From: the human T2T-CHM13v2.0 reference genome, Homo sapiens
NCBI RefSeq assembly: GCF_009914755.1
Contig: NC_060936.1
Strand: one strand, 5' to 3'
DNA: 64,000 nucleotides
The position numbers and the translations under genes were made by a program. The notes beneath the pieces were generated by a model. The model did no database searches, was not told the origin of the DNA, and worked only from the letters and a program-made list of their open reading frames with translations. Shown piece by piece: positions 38,763-55,704 of the stretch. The first letter of the stretch is position 1. Each line of letters starts with the position of its first letter.

Positions 38763-39844
38763 TTTTAAACAGGTATTTTAGAAAGATGCTTTGCCTCAGA
38801 TGCGTTCTCCTTGGTTACTTGCTGACGAAACAACCTCCTCCCATGTATCTGAAGGGCCTCAGAGCAGCCTTCGTGCTTGCAGACATGCGGAGAAGGACCT
38901 TCCCACTGTCCTCGGGTGGGCTCAGCTTACGTTAAGAGATGACCATCAACACACGGGGAAAGCAATTTTTCAGTTCATAGGATTTAGTCGGACTGGTTAC
39001 TATATGTCACTGCAGCGTGGAGGGAATATCAGAGGACTCCACTGCATTAGGCGGGCTGGGCACTTGCTTGCCGTTGATATTCTTAAATGAATCACGTTGT
39101 TAAATGCGGAGGGAGGGCTGTGCGCGCAGACCTATATTCTTACTTCTGGGAGACCCTGTGGGGCTCTGAGACTTTGCACTTCTTAGTCCAACCAACTTGA
39201 AGTGGTCCCTTGCTCCCAGTGATTCATTCTGCTTTTACTGCTGATTCTGTGCTCTTGAGGGATTCATGGTTCGTGCACACGTGGAAGGGTGGGGCAGTGG
39301 GTAAAGGAGTGACATTGCATGAGTGTATAGACAATAGCTGCACTGTGTCACTTACAGCCTGGGCTTCTTCCGTAAGCCCTAAACCACCCCTGTCTGTCCC
39401 CCCGACCCTGAGGTAAGCCATGGATGTGGGGGCGAGTGGTAGACTAAGCATCCCTTTGGAAGAAAAGGATTAATTTGCATGAAGCTAGGAACACACTTTT
39501 GAAATATTAAATACAACAGAGGTCTGCTGAGCACCTCCTATGTGTAAAGCACCATGCTGGACGCCGTGCGAGGTACTTGGAGTAGTAAGACTTGACTCCT
39601 GTCCTCAACGAGCTCAAGATCTCTTGGGGGAGACAAACACAGGAATAAAACAGGTTGTGATGAACATGGCAACAGAGCGTGGTGACAGGATGCCATAAGA
39701 ATCTTGGGGCTCTGCCGGGCCCATCCGGGGCATGTTATGTACCCAGAGACTTGACATTTTTTAATTTTTAAAAACTGTGGTAAAAAGTACGTAACACAGT
39801 TTTCAATCTGAATCATTTTTAAGTGTTACAGTTCAGTAGTGTTA

Positions 39845-40218
<374 letters not shown>

Positions 40219-40454
40219 TTAAACAACTCCCCATTTCTCCCTGCCTCCAGCCCCTGGCAACCACCATTCTACTCTCTGTTTTTATGCATTTGACTACTTT
40301 AGATACCTGATGTTAAAGTGGAATCATTGAATATTTGTCCTTTGTGACTGGTTTATTTCACGTAGCATAATGGACTGAAAGTTCATCTGTCTTACAGTGT
40401 GTGTCAGAATTTCATTGCTTTTAAAGGCTGAATAATAGTCCATTTTATGGATAG

Positions 40455-40829
<375 letters not shown>

Positions 40830-41459
40830 TGAATAGTACTGCTATGAACCTGGGCATGCAAATATCTCTTGGAAATCCTGCTTTGAGTTCTTTTGGATAC
40901 ATATCCAGAAGTAGGATTGCTGGATCATGTAGTAGTTCTATTTTTAATTTTCTGAGGAATCGCCATACAGTTTTCCACGGTGGCTGCTCCATTTTACTTT
41001 CCCGCCAACAGTGCTTAACGTTCTTATTCCTCCACATCCTCGCTGGCTCTTGTTAATTTCTATTTTTTGATAGCAGCCATCCTAATGGGTGTGAAGTGAT
41101 AGCTCATGGTGGTTTGGATTTGTGTTTCTCTGATGATCAGTGATGTTGGCCATGTGTATATCATCTTGGAGAAATAGCTATTCAAGTCTTTTGCCCATTT
41201 TAACATCAATACTCGAGGATTTCTCTTTCTGCTCTGCCCATATCCTCAGATATCGGGACTGGCTTGCTTCTGCAGAGGGGGCCAGATCAACCCTGCACCA
41301 GCAGAGGCATAGGGCAGCAGGGGCTTCTCCCTCTGCAAGTCCCAAAAGTATGCGGGTTACTTGTCCCCATTGGCCATATAACTAGCACCCCTCTGGACTG
41401 CTTAGCTCTGCCCATCCTGCTGTTTCTACCTTGCGATGATTTACATGGATGAGAGGCTG

Positions 41460-41897
41460 GGTATGTTCATTTCTTCTTGCTTCAGTATTAATACATTACC
41501 ACAGACTTAGTGGCTTAAAACAACACAGTTTTATTATCTTATATTTTTGAAGGTCAGATGTCTAAAATGGGTCTGCAGGGCTGCAATACTTCTGGAGGCA
41601 CTTGGAAGACTGTTTCCTTACCTTTTCCAGCTCTAGAGAATGCCCACATTCCTTGGCTCATGGCCCTCTCCTCTACCTGCAAAGAGAACAATGTAGCATC
41701 TTTTGCTCTCCTCTCGTGCCTTCCTCTTCCGAGGACCCTTGTGATGACCTCAGACCCACATGGATAATCCCATCTCAACATCCTTAACTTAATCACATTG
41801 GCAAAGTTTCTTTTGCCACATAAGGTAACTTATTCACAAGTACCAGGGATGAGGACAAGGACGTGTCTGGGGGTGATGGTCATTATTCAGCCCACAC
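41460..41897 (-). mobile_element. MaLR LTR (MLT1B/C-like)
   Basis: TACCACAGACTTAGTGGCTTAAAACAAC..CCTTAACTTAATCACA..ATTCAGCCCAC. Confidence 0.82.
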
Positions 41898-44800
41898 TGG
41901 GCCTCTGCTATGTGGAAGGCAGGGGTAAGAGCATCTTTTGTAGGGAGGGTTCTTATTCTGTGCCTTCTGGACTTAAACTTTACCCTGGGTTAGTAGGAAC
42001 AGCATCTAGGGATCTGAAGGCTTGGGCTTGACTTTGGTTTGGCTTTGCCTGGGTGGGAACCTAGGGGACAAGAGGCTTGCTTTCTCTGAGCTCCTGTGAC
42101 CTCACCTTTTAAAGGAGGTGGGTGGGCCAGGTGCTCTTTAGGTCCCTCTCGCTCTGCCATATCCTCACCTGCTCTCATTTCTCATGTGGTGTCCTCACAT
42201 TGCCTTTTCCCATTGGCTATGGAGAGACTGAGGCTGCCCTGAAGGGTAGAAGAGGAAAGTTATATGAAACTTTGGGGAAATGGCTCCTGGGCACCAGCTA
42301 ATTCAAAGGAGGACAGGAATAGCAGGAATGAAGGGCGCGAAGGCACTGCTTTATTGCCCGCCTCCTTCCTCCAGCCCCTACATAAAGCATCCTTGGAACA
42401 AACAAATGGAAATACTGCACACCCTGTAAGCCTAATTGGGTCATACATAACTTGTACAGTGATTTCCTATGAAACTTCAATTAGCCCCCTCTTCCAGTTC
42501 AAACCTGATAAGCTCAAATATTTGTAAACTGCCAGCCAGATGGAAGATGTGTCTCCTTGTGGCTTGGATATCCTGTAACTCAATATGTGTGGTGACTGGC
42601 ATGGGCATCCGTATTCAAGGAAGGGAAGGAGCCTCGCACCCTGGACGTGGCATTGAGGGGCAAGAAAAGGTGTTGTTTGTTCTCTTTGGGACAGGTGGCC
42701 CGACTCTCCTCTGGAGCAGGCTGGGAGAAGTTGCCAAGGACAGTTGGCGTCCTTCAGTGGCTGGGGAAGGAGAGGGTGACTCTTGGGTCCTTGTGTCATT
42801 CTTCATCACTTCCAACTCAAGGGAGAATGTTGACTTGAAATAGTTAACCTTTAGTAAGCATGCATTAGTATTAATGCACCCTATTTAATCCTTATTATAT
42901 TATCCCTGTTTTACCGATAAGAAAGCTGGGGATCAAAGAGGTTAAGTTAACTTAGCAAAGATCACATGGTCAACAAGTGGAGAGCTGAGACTCAAATGGA
43001 AATGAGTCTCATGTCTAATTAAATGTCGAATTTCAAAATGCATCTCTTTCTACTATGCCACATCATATCTTCTGGCCTCTTCCCTTCACCTAAAACCATT
43101 GCCCTTGGGAGTGGAATGTGGAGCTGTGAATGAAGGAGGAGGCAGTGAGCCACAGCCTGGAGGAGGTGACGGCTGCAAACCCCGCACTCTGGCAGAGGCC
43201 AGTCAACCGCTTTGGAATGCCAGGCTGCCTGGAGCTAACTGTGGGCCAATCTTGTGTTGGCCACTTTCGTTTCAGGCCCAAATTTAGTTACAGAGTCAGA
43301 AAGAGCAAGGCCCCTGGCAGGGCAAAGTTACCAGAGAGTGTACGTGGGTATGTGTCTGTGTGGGTGACTATGCAGTGGGGCCTCTCCTTCCCAGGGAGGC
43401 TAGTGGCTTCTTGTGGCAGGGTAGTATCTTACACAGCCGTGCCTCCCACTCCCCTGTACCAGTGGAGCCCCTGGTAGGCCTGCACCCTGATGCTTCTTGA
43501 CCACTTGTCCTATGCTAGGCATTGTGAGGCCACATAGTGGAATGAGACAGGACTCTGCTCTCAGGGTTATGTTGGAGCAGGAGGAGAAGTTACATGGATA
43601 TAAGAAAGGCAGTGACCAAGGCCATGAGCTGCACAGATGGAAGTGGGTATGCTTTGTGCCTCCGTGTTCCACGCTGGCAACATGTGTTCGTACCTGTACT
43701 CGTGTACCTGCGTGCATGTACTCAAGGGTGACTGTGGGGTCATGTGGGGGACTTGCCTCCTGAGCCCCTTACCCTGGGCAGGTGGTGGCTGCTCCTTTCC
43801 CCCATCGCGGAGCACTTTACACAACTGTATGATCATGGGTGATCTGGGGCCCATGGGGGCAGCTTCGTAACTCTTTGGCTCAACTGGGAAGTTGGAGCAG
43901 GTATTTGCTACCCTGAGTGTGAGCCCTAAGACCATAGTTTTATGCTGGAAACCGCCCCTCTTTCATGACACTCAGTGCCTAGTGCCTGCAGTTGCAGGCT
44001 GCCAGGGGACCACCCAATAACAAAGCTATGTTGAGGCCATCTGTGTTTCGTGCTGAAAGGACATTTTTCTTCAGCAGCATACTGAGTGCATAGAGCAGAC
44101 CAAAGCAGACATCCCATTTTCCCCAGTAACCTCCGCATGTGTGAAAACTGGGCAGCTGTCACCTTGAGAAAGATGCTGCTGGGTCACCCCAAAGATTCCA
44201 CATACATGCTGTTGGGTGCCTCCTTGTATGTGTGTAGCTGTTATTAGCCCCATTTCACAGGTGGGAAAGGCAAAGGCAGGAAGGCTGCCAAAGAGCCTGG
44301 TATTCAAGGGAAATGAATGAGCAGGCAGTTGTAATCTCAGTGGCATCCCACTCCACAATCTGAAGTGCATCCCCAAGGGTTAGGGAGAGCAGCTTAAGAA
44401 ACCAGCAGACATTTCAGAAGCTGAGCCCTATGGACAGTGCACATCCCATGCTCAAGGAGTTCCGGTGGTCCTAGCCCATTAGCCACGTTTGTTGAGACTC
44501 AGCGGAGCACCCCCAGTAAGTGGCTGCCCTATTCAGGAGTACTTTTCAGATTCAAGTCTTTATCAATATTAAGGGAGGAAATTCAGGGGTGGAGGTGGGC
44601 GAGCAGGGGCCTCCTCTCTTTTGGGAAGCCTATTTCTTTGGCCAGCATGTCCTGAATGATAAACTTCTCCAGCACCCACTAGTGAATTGCAGAATCACTG
44701 AATGCCAGAAAAGTGCATAGGACCTTAGAGGTCATTTGGTGAACACCCTCAGTTTACAGATGAGGTGACTGAAGCACAGAGAGGGAGATAAACTTGTCTA

Positions 44801-46699
44801 GAGTCACACAGCTGCTTAGTGGGAAAGGGAGGAAGAGACTCATGCATTCAGCCCCACTCAAAAAAGTGACTCAAGAGGGAGAGCCGACCAGGAAGTGGGA
44901 GTGGCTGGGACTGTCTGTGCTTCAGGGGAAATGTTGGGGGTTGTGAAATGCAGCCACTCTGGATGGGGCCATGCTGGGGTGCCTACAAGGGCCTTCCAGG
45001 TGCTCAGCCCTTCCTGTGCCTCTCCTTCATTGCTGCAGGCCCCAGGGGCTCAACCCCCTTTAACAATAACAAAATGAGACCATTTAATGACTACTTCCCC
45101 CTGAGAACTTAGTCGATGGCTGCACCATGCTAAGTGCTTATAAATGTTTCAAGACTCTTGTCACAACTCAGAGATATCTAAGTCTCAGAAACGTAAATAA
45201 GTTGCCCGGGCTCACAGGGCTAGTAAATGGCAATACAGACGGGAACTTAGGGCTCCTGCTTTTGCTGTTAACCACCAGATCACACTATCTCTTCTTGGAG
45301 GTGGCTGCTGTAATTCACTCAATGTGCTTGCAGTCCTGTCCCCATAAAACTCAGTATTTCTAGATCCTGCACTCCCACCTGTCCACTTTTTCTTTCCTGT
45401 CTTCATAGACCAGAAGCAGGTCCAATTTGTCTTAAAGGTTATGACCCTCCTAATTCCTGTGGGGACACAGACAGAGGAGAGGAACAGAGATAGGGGGACA
45501 GAGTCACAGAGATGATCGAGTGTTACAGCGTTTTTACAGCTCTAGGTTCTGCTCTGTGAATCCTGACTCCATTCTGAGATGAAAAATGGTAGTGCCATTG
45601 ACTTCTGCCTTCTGCTTTCGGGTTCTTAAAGATGGACTTCTCCTGACCTCCCCTTCTTCTCCCTTTTGGCCCAGACTTTCAGTGCAGTTGAGGCTGCGGG
45701 AGAATCCGGGCAGCACTGTAAGTGCCCTCGGCCCGAGTCAGGCCATCCAGTGTTTCGCCAGTCCTTCAAGGACCCTGGAGGAGAAGGGCTAGGCAGGGTC
45801 GGATACCACTGGCTCCAGAGAGTGTCAGAAAAACCTAAGCAGAAAGAAGAGAAGGGGGAGTGCAGGACATAGGAAGATGGCAAACAGACGCCCACAGAAG
45901 AGGAGAGTGCATGCATCCTATGAGGACGGAGCGTGGATTTATGATGCCAGAGAAACTGGAAGGTTTAGGAGTGGAGAGGTCAGTCTTAGCCTGGGTCCCA
46001 CTGGATGGAGGCTGTGTGCTTCTCTCTGCCTTGGTTTCATCATTCACCATCATTGGGAATAATGTCTTTTGTCTCCTTACTTAAAGTGATCAGGCACTGA
46101 GTTGAAATCAGCATTCCTTCAGCAAACACTTCTTTTCATACTGGCTGTGTGCCAGGCTCTGGGCTAGGCACAGAGCCACAGAGATGAGCACGTCATGGCC
46201 TGCCCTGGAGATACTCACAGGTGCCCAGAGTGGAGCTTTTGGACAGGACTGAAACTGTGCAGAGATGAGGGGTTGATCTAACTTCCCATCAAACCAGCTC
46301 TCGCAGCCAGAGGTCCGATGCCTGATTTTTAACGGCGCTTGAGAAAACTGTTGATATATTTGAAGGTGAGTCTGGTTTTACTCAGTTGTGAAGGCATGTT
46401 TGTGCATGTGCACATATGATTTATTTGATATTTGAAAACAATTTATGACCAGAATTCTTTGCATCCTTCTCTGGGCCTATGTCATGTGCTGAGGGCTTGC
46501 CGGAAGCACTTGTATAGGGTAGAGACTTGTCCTGCCACATATCTCTCCTCTGGACTGGCCTAAAGTCTATCCTCCCATCTCCTTCCTGAAGGACAGCTTC
46601 CAAATGCCTTCCCCTCTGGTTCTTTTCCTGAGGACAGACCTCTTTCTCTTTCCTCTTGGGATGTTCTTCCAAGTATTCTGAGTCTCTTTGGCTTTTTAA

Positions 46700-47765
<1,066 letters not shown>

Positions 47766-50019
47766 TCTGGCTTTGAGGATTTCCATGTAAATTACAGTGA
47801 GCCGCCGGGGCTCTCTGTGTGGCTGTTCCTAGCTGGGGGCCCCTTGGGTTGAGCTTGCCCTGTAAGCACAGGTAGATTGGAGGCAGCCGCTCAGCATAGC
47901 TGAGTGTGCTCTCAGGCCACCTCTGCAGCTGGGAGAGCCCAGCCATGGGCAGAGCAGGGTGGCTGCTGGGCTGCACCTGGTTCAGCCCCTGCTTTGAGAT
48001 CAGTAGGGGAGGAGATCCAGGCACCAGACAACTGGGAGTGGGGGATGAGGCCGGCTGGAGAGGCTGAGGGGAGCAGTGAGATGTCTGGACCAATGAGTTC
48101 TAGAACCTGAGCTGTCTGAACTAGAAGGACCTCGTACGGTATCTGGTGGAGCCTCCTCATTCTATGGAAGAGATTGAGAGCCAGAGAAGGAACGTGATTT
48201 GTCTGAGTGCGCAGAGCAAATGAGTGATGGGCCTGGGGCTGGAATTCAGATTTACTGACTTCTGGCCTAGTTCTTTTCCCACCGAACTTGGGGAGGAGTC
48301 AAGATAACTTCATGTCTATATGAAGTTTGATATTTACCAAGGAATGACAGCCTCAGGGGAGACTTGCATATTTTTTCGTTGCCTTCTACCTTCTTGTCTG
48401 CCTGCTGTCTGGTGGGGTTTTGTAGGGATTAATCAGATAAATAGCTTTGACTTTTCTAAATGAAAGAAGCATTGTATTTTATACAAAGCATTGTTATTAA
48501 ACGGCCTGTGAGTGTGTAGAAATAAGCTGATGCTGTTTCTTTTGTCGTGCCTTAGTGAGAATTAGAGACTTCCAGGAGTGGCACAGATAGGCTGTGTGTG
48601 CGTACATTTGTGTATGTAATGTTTTTAGTGTGTACATATGCAGGGTGACCCACCTTCCCCATACAGTGCGATCCCCTGACAATGGAAGAATTTCAGAGCC
48701 TTTTACTAATAGAGGATCCTTGAGGAATGCAGCACCATTTTCAAGGATCTCTGGAATTCTGTGTTCTGAATTATCTGGAGAGATCCATTAATATCTGTGT
48801 ATGGGATATAGCGATTGTTTTTAAGAGTTGGTTGCTTAACATGGAAAATGTGCTTCTGGGAAAAAGAGTTTTAAAAACCCAGCTTTCATGTTTTATTTTA
48901 CTTCATTGAAATGAGGTTCTTCTTGCGTGCCCCGAGGCTTTATCTCTGGAATGATTTTTACTAAATAATTCTTCATATTCAGGTAGTACTTTCATAGACA
49001 TAATCCCTTGTAGTCTTCACCATTGTTCTGTGAGGGGTGTGGTATCATCTCAGTTTTACAGATGGGGACATTGAGGCGTGGAGAGCATGTGTCACTTGGC
49101 ACTGGTAGCACTGCTCACCGTGTGAGGGGCGGCCGTAGAGCTAGGGCCTGCTTGCTGAAGCCGCGTGGCTGTGTGGCTGGGGAAGCCCTCCCTCCCTGGC
49201 ACCTGGTTCTGAGGTTATGTGCATGGTGCACTCTGGACCGGGGCTTAGTCTCGCTGCCGCTCACTCTGGGCGCATAGCCCTGCTCATGCTTCATGGAGGC
49301 GAGCAGATAGGAAACAGAATGGTTTTTAAACAAGACGAAAAGAAAAAGGAAAAGATGAAGAGAAAAAGGAAAGGATCTTGCCCATGTTTCTCAGCTAATT
49401 TTCAAACCAACCGTCTTACTGTGTTACTTTACCCTGAACCTAGATCCTTCTGCAGAGAACCACAGTTGGAAACCCAGGAGTGCAAGTGGCCCTCTGTCCA
49501 GAGCTTAGGCTGGAGTTGAGACGGCTGCCGAGAGGTGTGCTGAGTTCTTATGGGACTTCTTGCTTCTTTCTCTGTGGCTGCAGGGAGCTGCCTCTGTTTG
49601 CCTGCAGTGCTGGGGATGAGGAGGAAGTGGCCTCAGGCAGGTTGGGAGGCAGGCGGCCTGTCTGTCCCCTTCCAGAGGCAGGAATCTGGCACTGGGGTGG
49701 CCACAGTCATATTGGAAGTATACTTAAGCAACAAAACCAAACTGTAACTTGGTTTTCTTTCTGATTACCAAATAATTACTTATTGCACAGAATTTTGGAA
49801 AATTAATCACAAAAATACCTAGTACCATTTATTATATATTGTATTTTCTCTTACTGTGGCCACGCCAGTGCCAGATTCTTGCCCAGCCACGGACAGTCCC
49901 ACTCTGGAAGGGGGCAGACACGCTGCCTGCCTGCCAACCTGCCTGAGGCCGCTTCCCCATTACCCCCAGCACCACAGGGAAACACAGGCAGCTCCTTGCA
50001 GCTCTGTCCTGAGAGTGTG

Positions 50020-50222
50020 ATGTTCATTAACTCATTTGATTGTCACACAGTGCTATGAGATAGGCAGTGTTATTATCTGCTTTTTACAAGTGAGGAAGCT
50101 GAGGCACAGAGAGGCTAGGTACCTTTTCAAGTCTCACAGCTAGCAACTGACAGAGGCTCGAATTTGGATCCATTCTGCCTGGTTTCCAGGTCCATGCCCC
50201 TGAGTGCCAGGCTGTACTGCCT
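50020..50222 (-). mobile_element. MIR SINE
   Basis: TTTTACAAGTGAGGAAGCTGAGGCACAGAGAGG..TCACAGCTAG. Confidence 0.8.
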
Positions 50223-50314
50223 CTCAGCACGTGTATATTACCTGACACTTAAAAATAACACTAGTGTTTCCTTCTAGTATTTCTTCTATGAAAACAAACA
50301 TAAAATTGGATGGG

Positions 50315-50646
50315 GGCCGGGTGCAGTGGCTCACACCTGTAATCCTAGCACTTTTGGAGGCTGAGGTGGGTGGATCACCTGAGGTCAGGACTTCGAGACC
50401 AGCCTGGCCAACATGGCAAAATCCCATCTCTAGTAAAAATACAAAAATTAGCTGGGTGTGGTGGCACGTGCCTGTAATCCCAGCTACTTGGGAGGCTGAG
50501 GAAGGAATTCCTTGAAGGAGGTTCAAGGAATTGCTTGAACCCGGGAGGCAGAAGATGCAGTGAGCCAAGATTGCACCACTACACTCCAGCCTGGGAGACA
50601 GAGCGAGACTCCATCTCAAAAAAAAAAAAACAAAAAAAAAAACAAC
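50315..50646 (+). mobile_element. Alu (AluSx-like) with an internal palindromic insertion
   Basis: Full Alu with TSD AAAATTGGATGGG (50302-50314 / from 50647); extra sequence at 50506-50528. Confidence 0.95.
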
Positions 50647-50657
50647 AAAAATTGGAT

Positions 50658-51183
50658 GGGAGCCTGATGCCGGAGGATCACTTGAGCCTAGGGGTTCAGG
50701 ACTGGCCTGGGCAACATAGCCCTGTTTCTACCAAAAAAAAAAAAAAAAAAAAAAAAATTAGCTGGGCACGGTGACTCATGCCTGTAGTCCCAGCTACTTG
50801 GGAGGCTAAGGTGGGAGGATTGCTTGAGCCCAGGGAGGTTGAGGCTGCAGTGAGCTGTGATCACGGCACTGCATTCCAGCCTGAGTGACAGAACGAGACT
50901 GTCTCAAAAAAAGAAAAAAAGGTCGGGGGCAGTGGCTCATACCTGTAATCCTAGCACTTTGGGAGGCCAAGGTGGATGGATTGCTTGAGCCCAGGAGTTG
51001 GAGACCAGCCTGGGCAACAGGGTGTCTCTACTAAAAACAAAACAAAAATCTGAGGTAGGAGGATCACCTGAGTCTGGGGGAGTCGTGGCTGCAGTGAGCC
51101 GTGATTCTGCCACTGCAGTCTAGCCTGGGCGACAAGGGTGAGACCCATCTCAAAAAAAAAAAAAAAAGAAAAAAGAAAAAAAA
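50658..51183 (+). mobile_element. Two tandem diverged AluJ-like elements (50658-50920; 50921-51183)
   Basis: GGAGGATTGCTTGAGCCCAGG and GAGGCTGCAGTGAGC diagnostics; expanded central A-linker; internal deletion in the second element. Confidence 0.9.
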
Positions 51184-52730
51184 TTGTGGTCCCATTGTAT
51201 ATACTTTTGTGGACCCTGTTTTTGCTTAATATTAGACTGTGGAAACAATTTCTGTATTATTTCATATTTTTCAAAATGTAATTTTCATGGCTTCCTAAAA
51301 TGCTGTCAGTGGATGTGCATTGATTTCTCTAACCAGTTCTCCAGTGACGGGCTTCTAGGTTGTCTTCAATTTGGTACTGGTATCATTCACACCGTGACGA
51401 GTACCCAGGCGCAGAGCTTTGCCAGACTCTTGGATTAGTTCTCTCAGGGTAGCTCCTGAGAAGGGTGGTGAATGTTGGAATTTCTTAACAACTCCCACCA
51501 GAGTGCTGAACTGCTGTCCTGACAGGGTGGAGCAGACCACGCTTCCCCCGGGCAAAGTGCAGGAGGCTCTAGGAGGGGTTAGGGGCTCAACCTCCCCCTC
51601 CCAGGTGGGGCTGTGGGAGCTACAGCTCCATCGTCGTCCTCACCGTGCAGAACAGAAATGCACGCTCCGCCTCCCTGAGTGTCAGGCCTGTGGGTCCGTG
51701 AGCTCCGAGCCTCAGGAGTAGGGGCAGCCTCTGCTGCAGGGACCACTGTGCCATCCCACTGAGTCCCGTGACCCACGAGGCTGGGTGTTCAGAGGCACGA
51801 GGTGGAGTGCGAGCAGGTCCTGCCGGTTCCCAAGGGTGCCCGCCCAGTTCAGTGGGTGACAGTGAATGCGCAGGGTGAGTGAGGATTAGCTGAGGGAGCC
51901 ATTCTCTCGGATGGTGGCAGAAGGAGGCTGGGGCCACCGAGAATACTAAAAACTGCCCTCACAAGGTTGCTGCCTCCTGTGTTCTAGTTCTGCTGCCTCG
52001 GAAAGCTGTACTCACCCTCTGCCTCTGCCCTCCTACCAATAAACTGGGCCAGAGCAACAGAACCCCTGCATCATGGGACCAAAGTCCAAGTAATTACTAT
52101 TATGGGGAAAAAAGCCTTGGGACAGTTATGTTTTGAGTCATCCTTTTATTCAACACATTGGTAGTGTGCACATACCACACTCCAGGCTGCCCTGGGCTCT
52201 GAGAATACAGTGGTGCAAAACAAAGGCTCATGCTTCCTGGGACTTCCCTCCTGTTGGGAACAAGAAACACATATTCATTTAACCAATGATAATAGATACA
52301 TTGAACATATGGCAAACATACTAATTTAAAATAACGGAAGAGCATCTTCCCCGTATACTTCTGCACGGAAACCTTTGAAGGCCAAATTAAAGTTCTGTAA
52401 AAGAACTTCCATGCAGCCAATGTGTTTTGAGTGCCTCCTGGCAACACTGTACTAGGATTTGAGGCCACAGTGCTGTTTCCTGCTCTCAAGGAGCTTGTGA
52501 GTTGCTGGGAAAATAAGAGAAGGACCCAAGTATTAGACTTTAACTCATCTCAGGCGTTCAGCAGCTGAAGGAAAGGGGAGGCTGAGCCAGTGTCTGGGTC
52601 CCCTCAGTGTGGTACCTGGCTCTGGGGCATTCTTCCCCACTGTCTGCACACCCTCCCTTCTCCCCAGACATCAGCAACCTGAAGGATTTCTCCTTTTTGT
52701 AGATGGCTGTCTGTCCTCAGGCAGGCAGAT

Positions 52731-54879
<2,149 letters not shown>

Positions 54880-55704
54880 TCAATAAATGTGAATTAATCC
54901 TTAACTAGGGCCTGTAATTTAGATTTGCTATCACCAGGTGCTGATAGGCGCCTTAGTTCAAGTAGCAAGAGGTCTTGACTTCCTTCCTCTCCATGCTTGG
55001 AAATAAGTGGAGGAAGCATTTGGTTATTATGGCAAAAATTATGGCAATTTGTCATCTTCAGTTGAAGGCCGTGGCTTAGCTGTGTGTCTGTCAGTTTGTT
55101 TTCTTCCCTATGGTCTCTGATGTCAATATGAGAGCCCTCGAGTGCCAAGGGCGTTATATCAGGGTCCTCTCACCGAAGCGGTGTTGGCCTTGTGGTCATC
55201 GCAGGTGGTTTGCTTCCAGGCGTTCCTTACGAGGCTTCCTTTTCCTTTCTTTACCTTCTTTCAGCCAGCTGCCCCATAAATAACAGAGAGCAAGTGTGGT
55301 TTACTGGATCACTAGCAGGTGTGAATGCTGTAGCTTTTCCGCTTTTCCCATTGGCTTGGGCCTCTGAAGTGCTCCAGGCTCTTTGCCTTCTCCAGCCTTC
55401 ATGTAGTCATCAGAGGCAGGTGGGTTGTAGGACAGAAAAGATACAGTTGTATTTGAGGGAGTACTCGTCAGTTGGGTTGGGGAGAGAGCCGCAGATCTCC
55501 TGGCGCCCTCACGGTCTCCTTGTTTTGGAGCACATTTGACTGCTGTGGTCATGGGGCCTGTTCTGGGCACCCCACCTCTCATGAACTGTGTCTGTAGCAG
55601 GATGGGGGAGAGGAGGACCGGCAGAGTGACAGAATGCTGCTGGAAATGGTGTGAAAATAGCTCAGGTAGGAGGAACCGCAGTCAGATGCGGCATGGCGGC
55701 GGGC

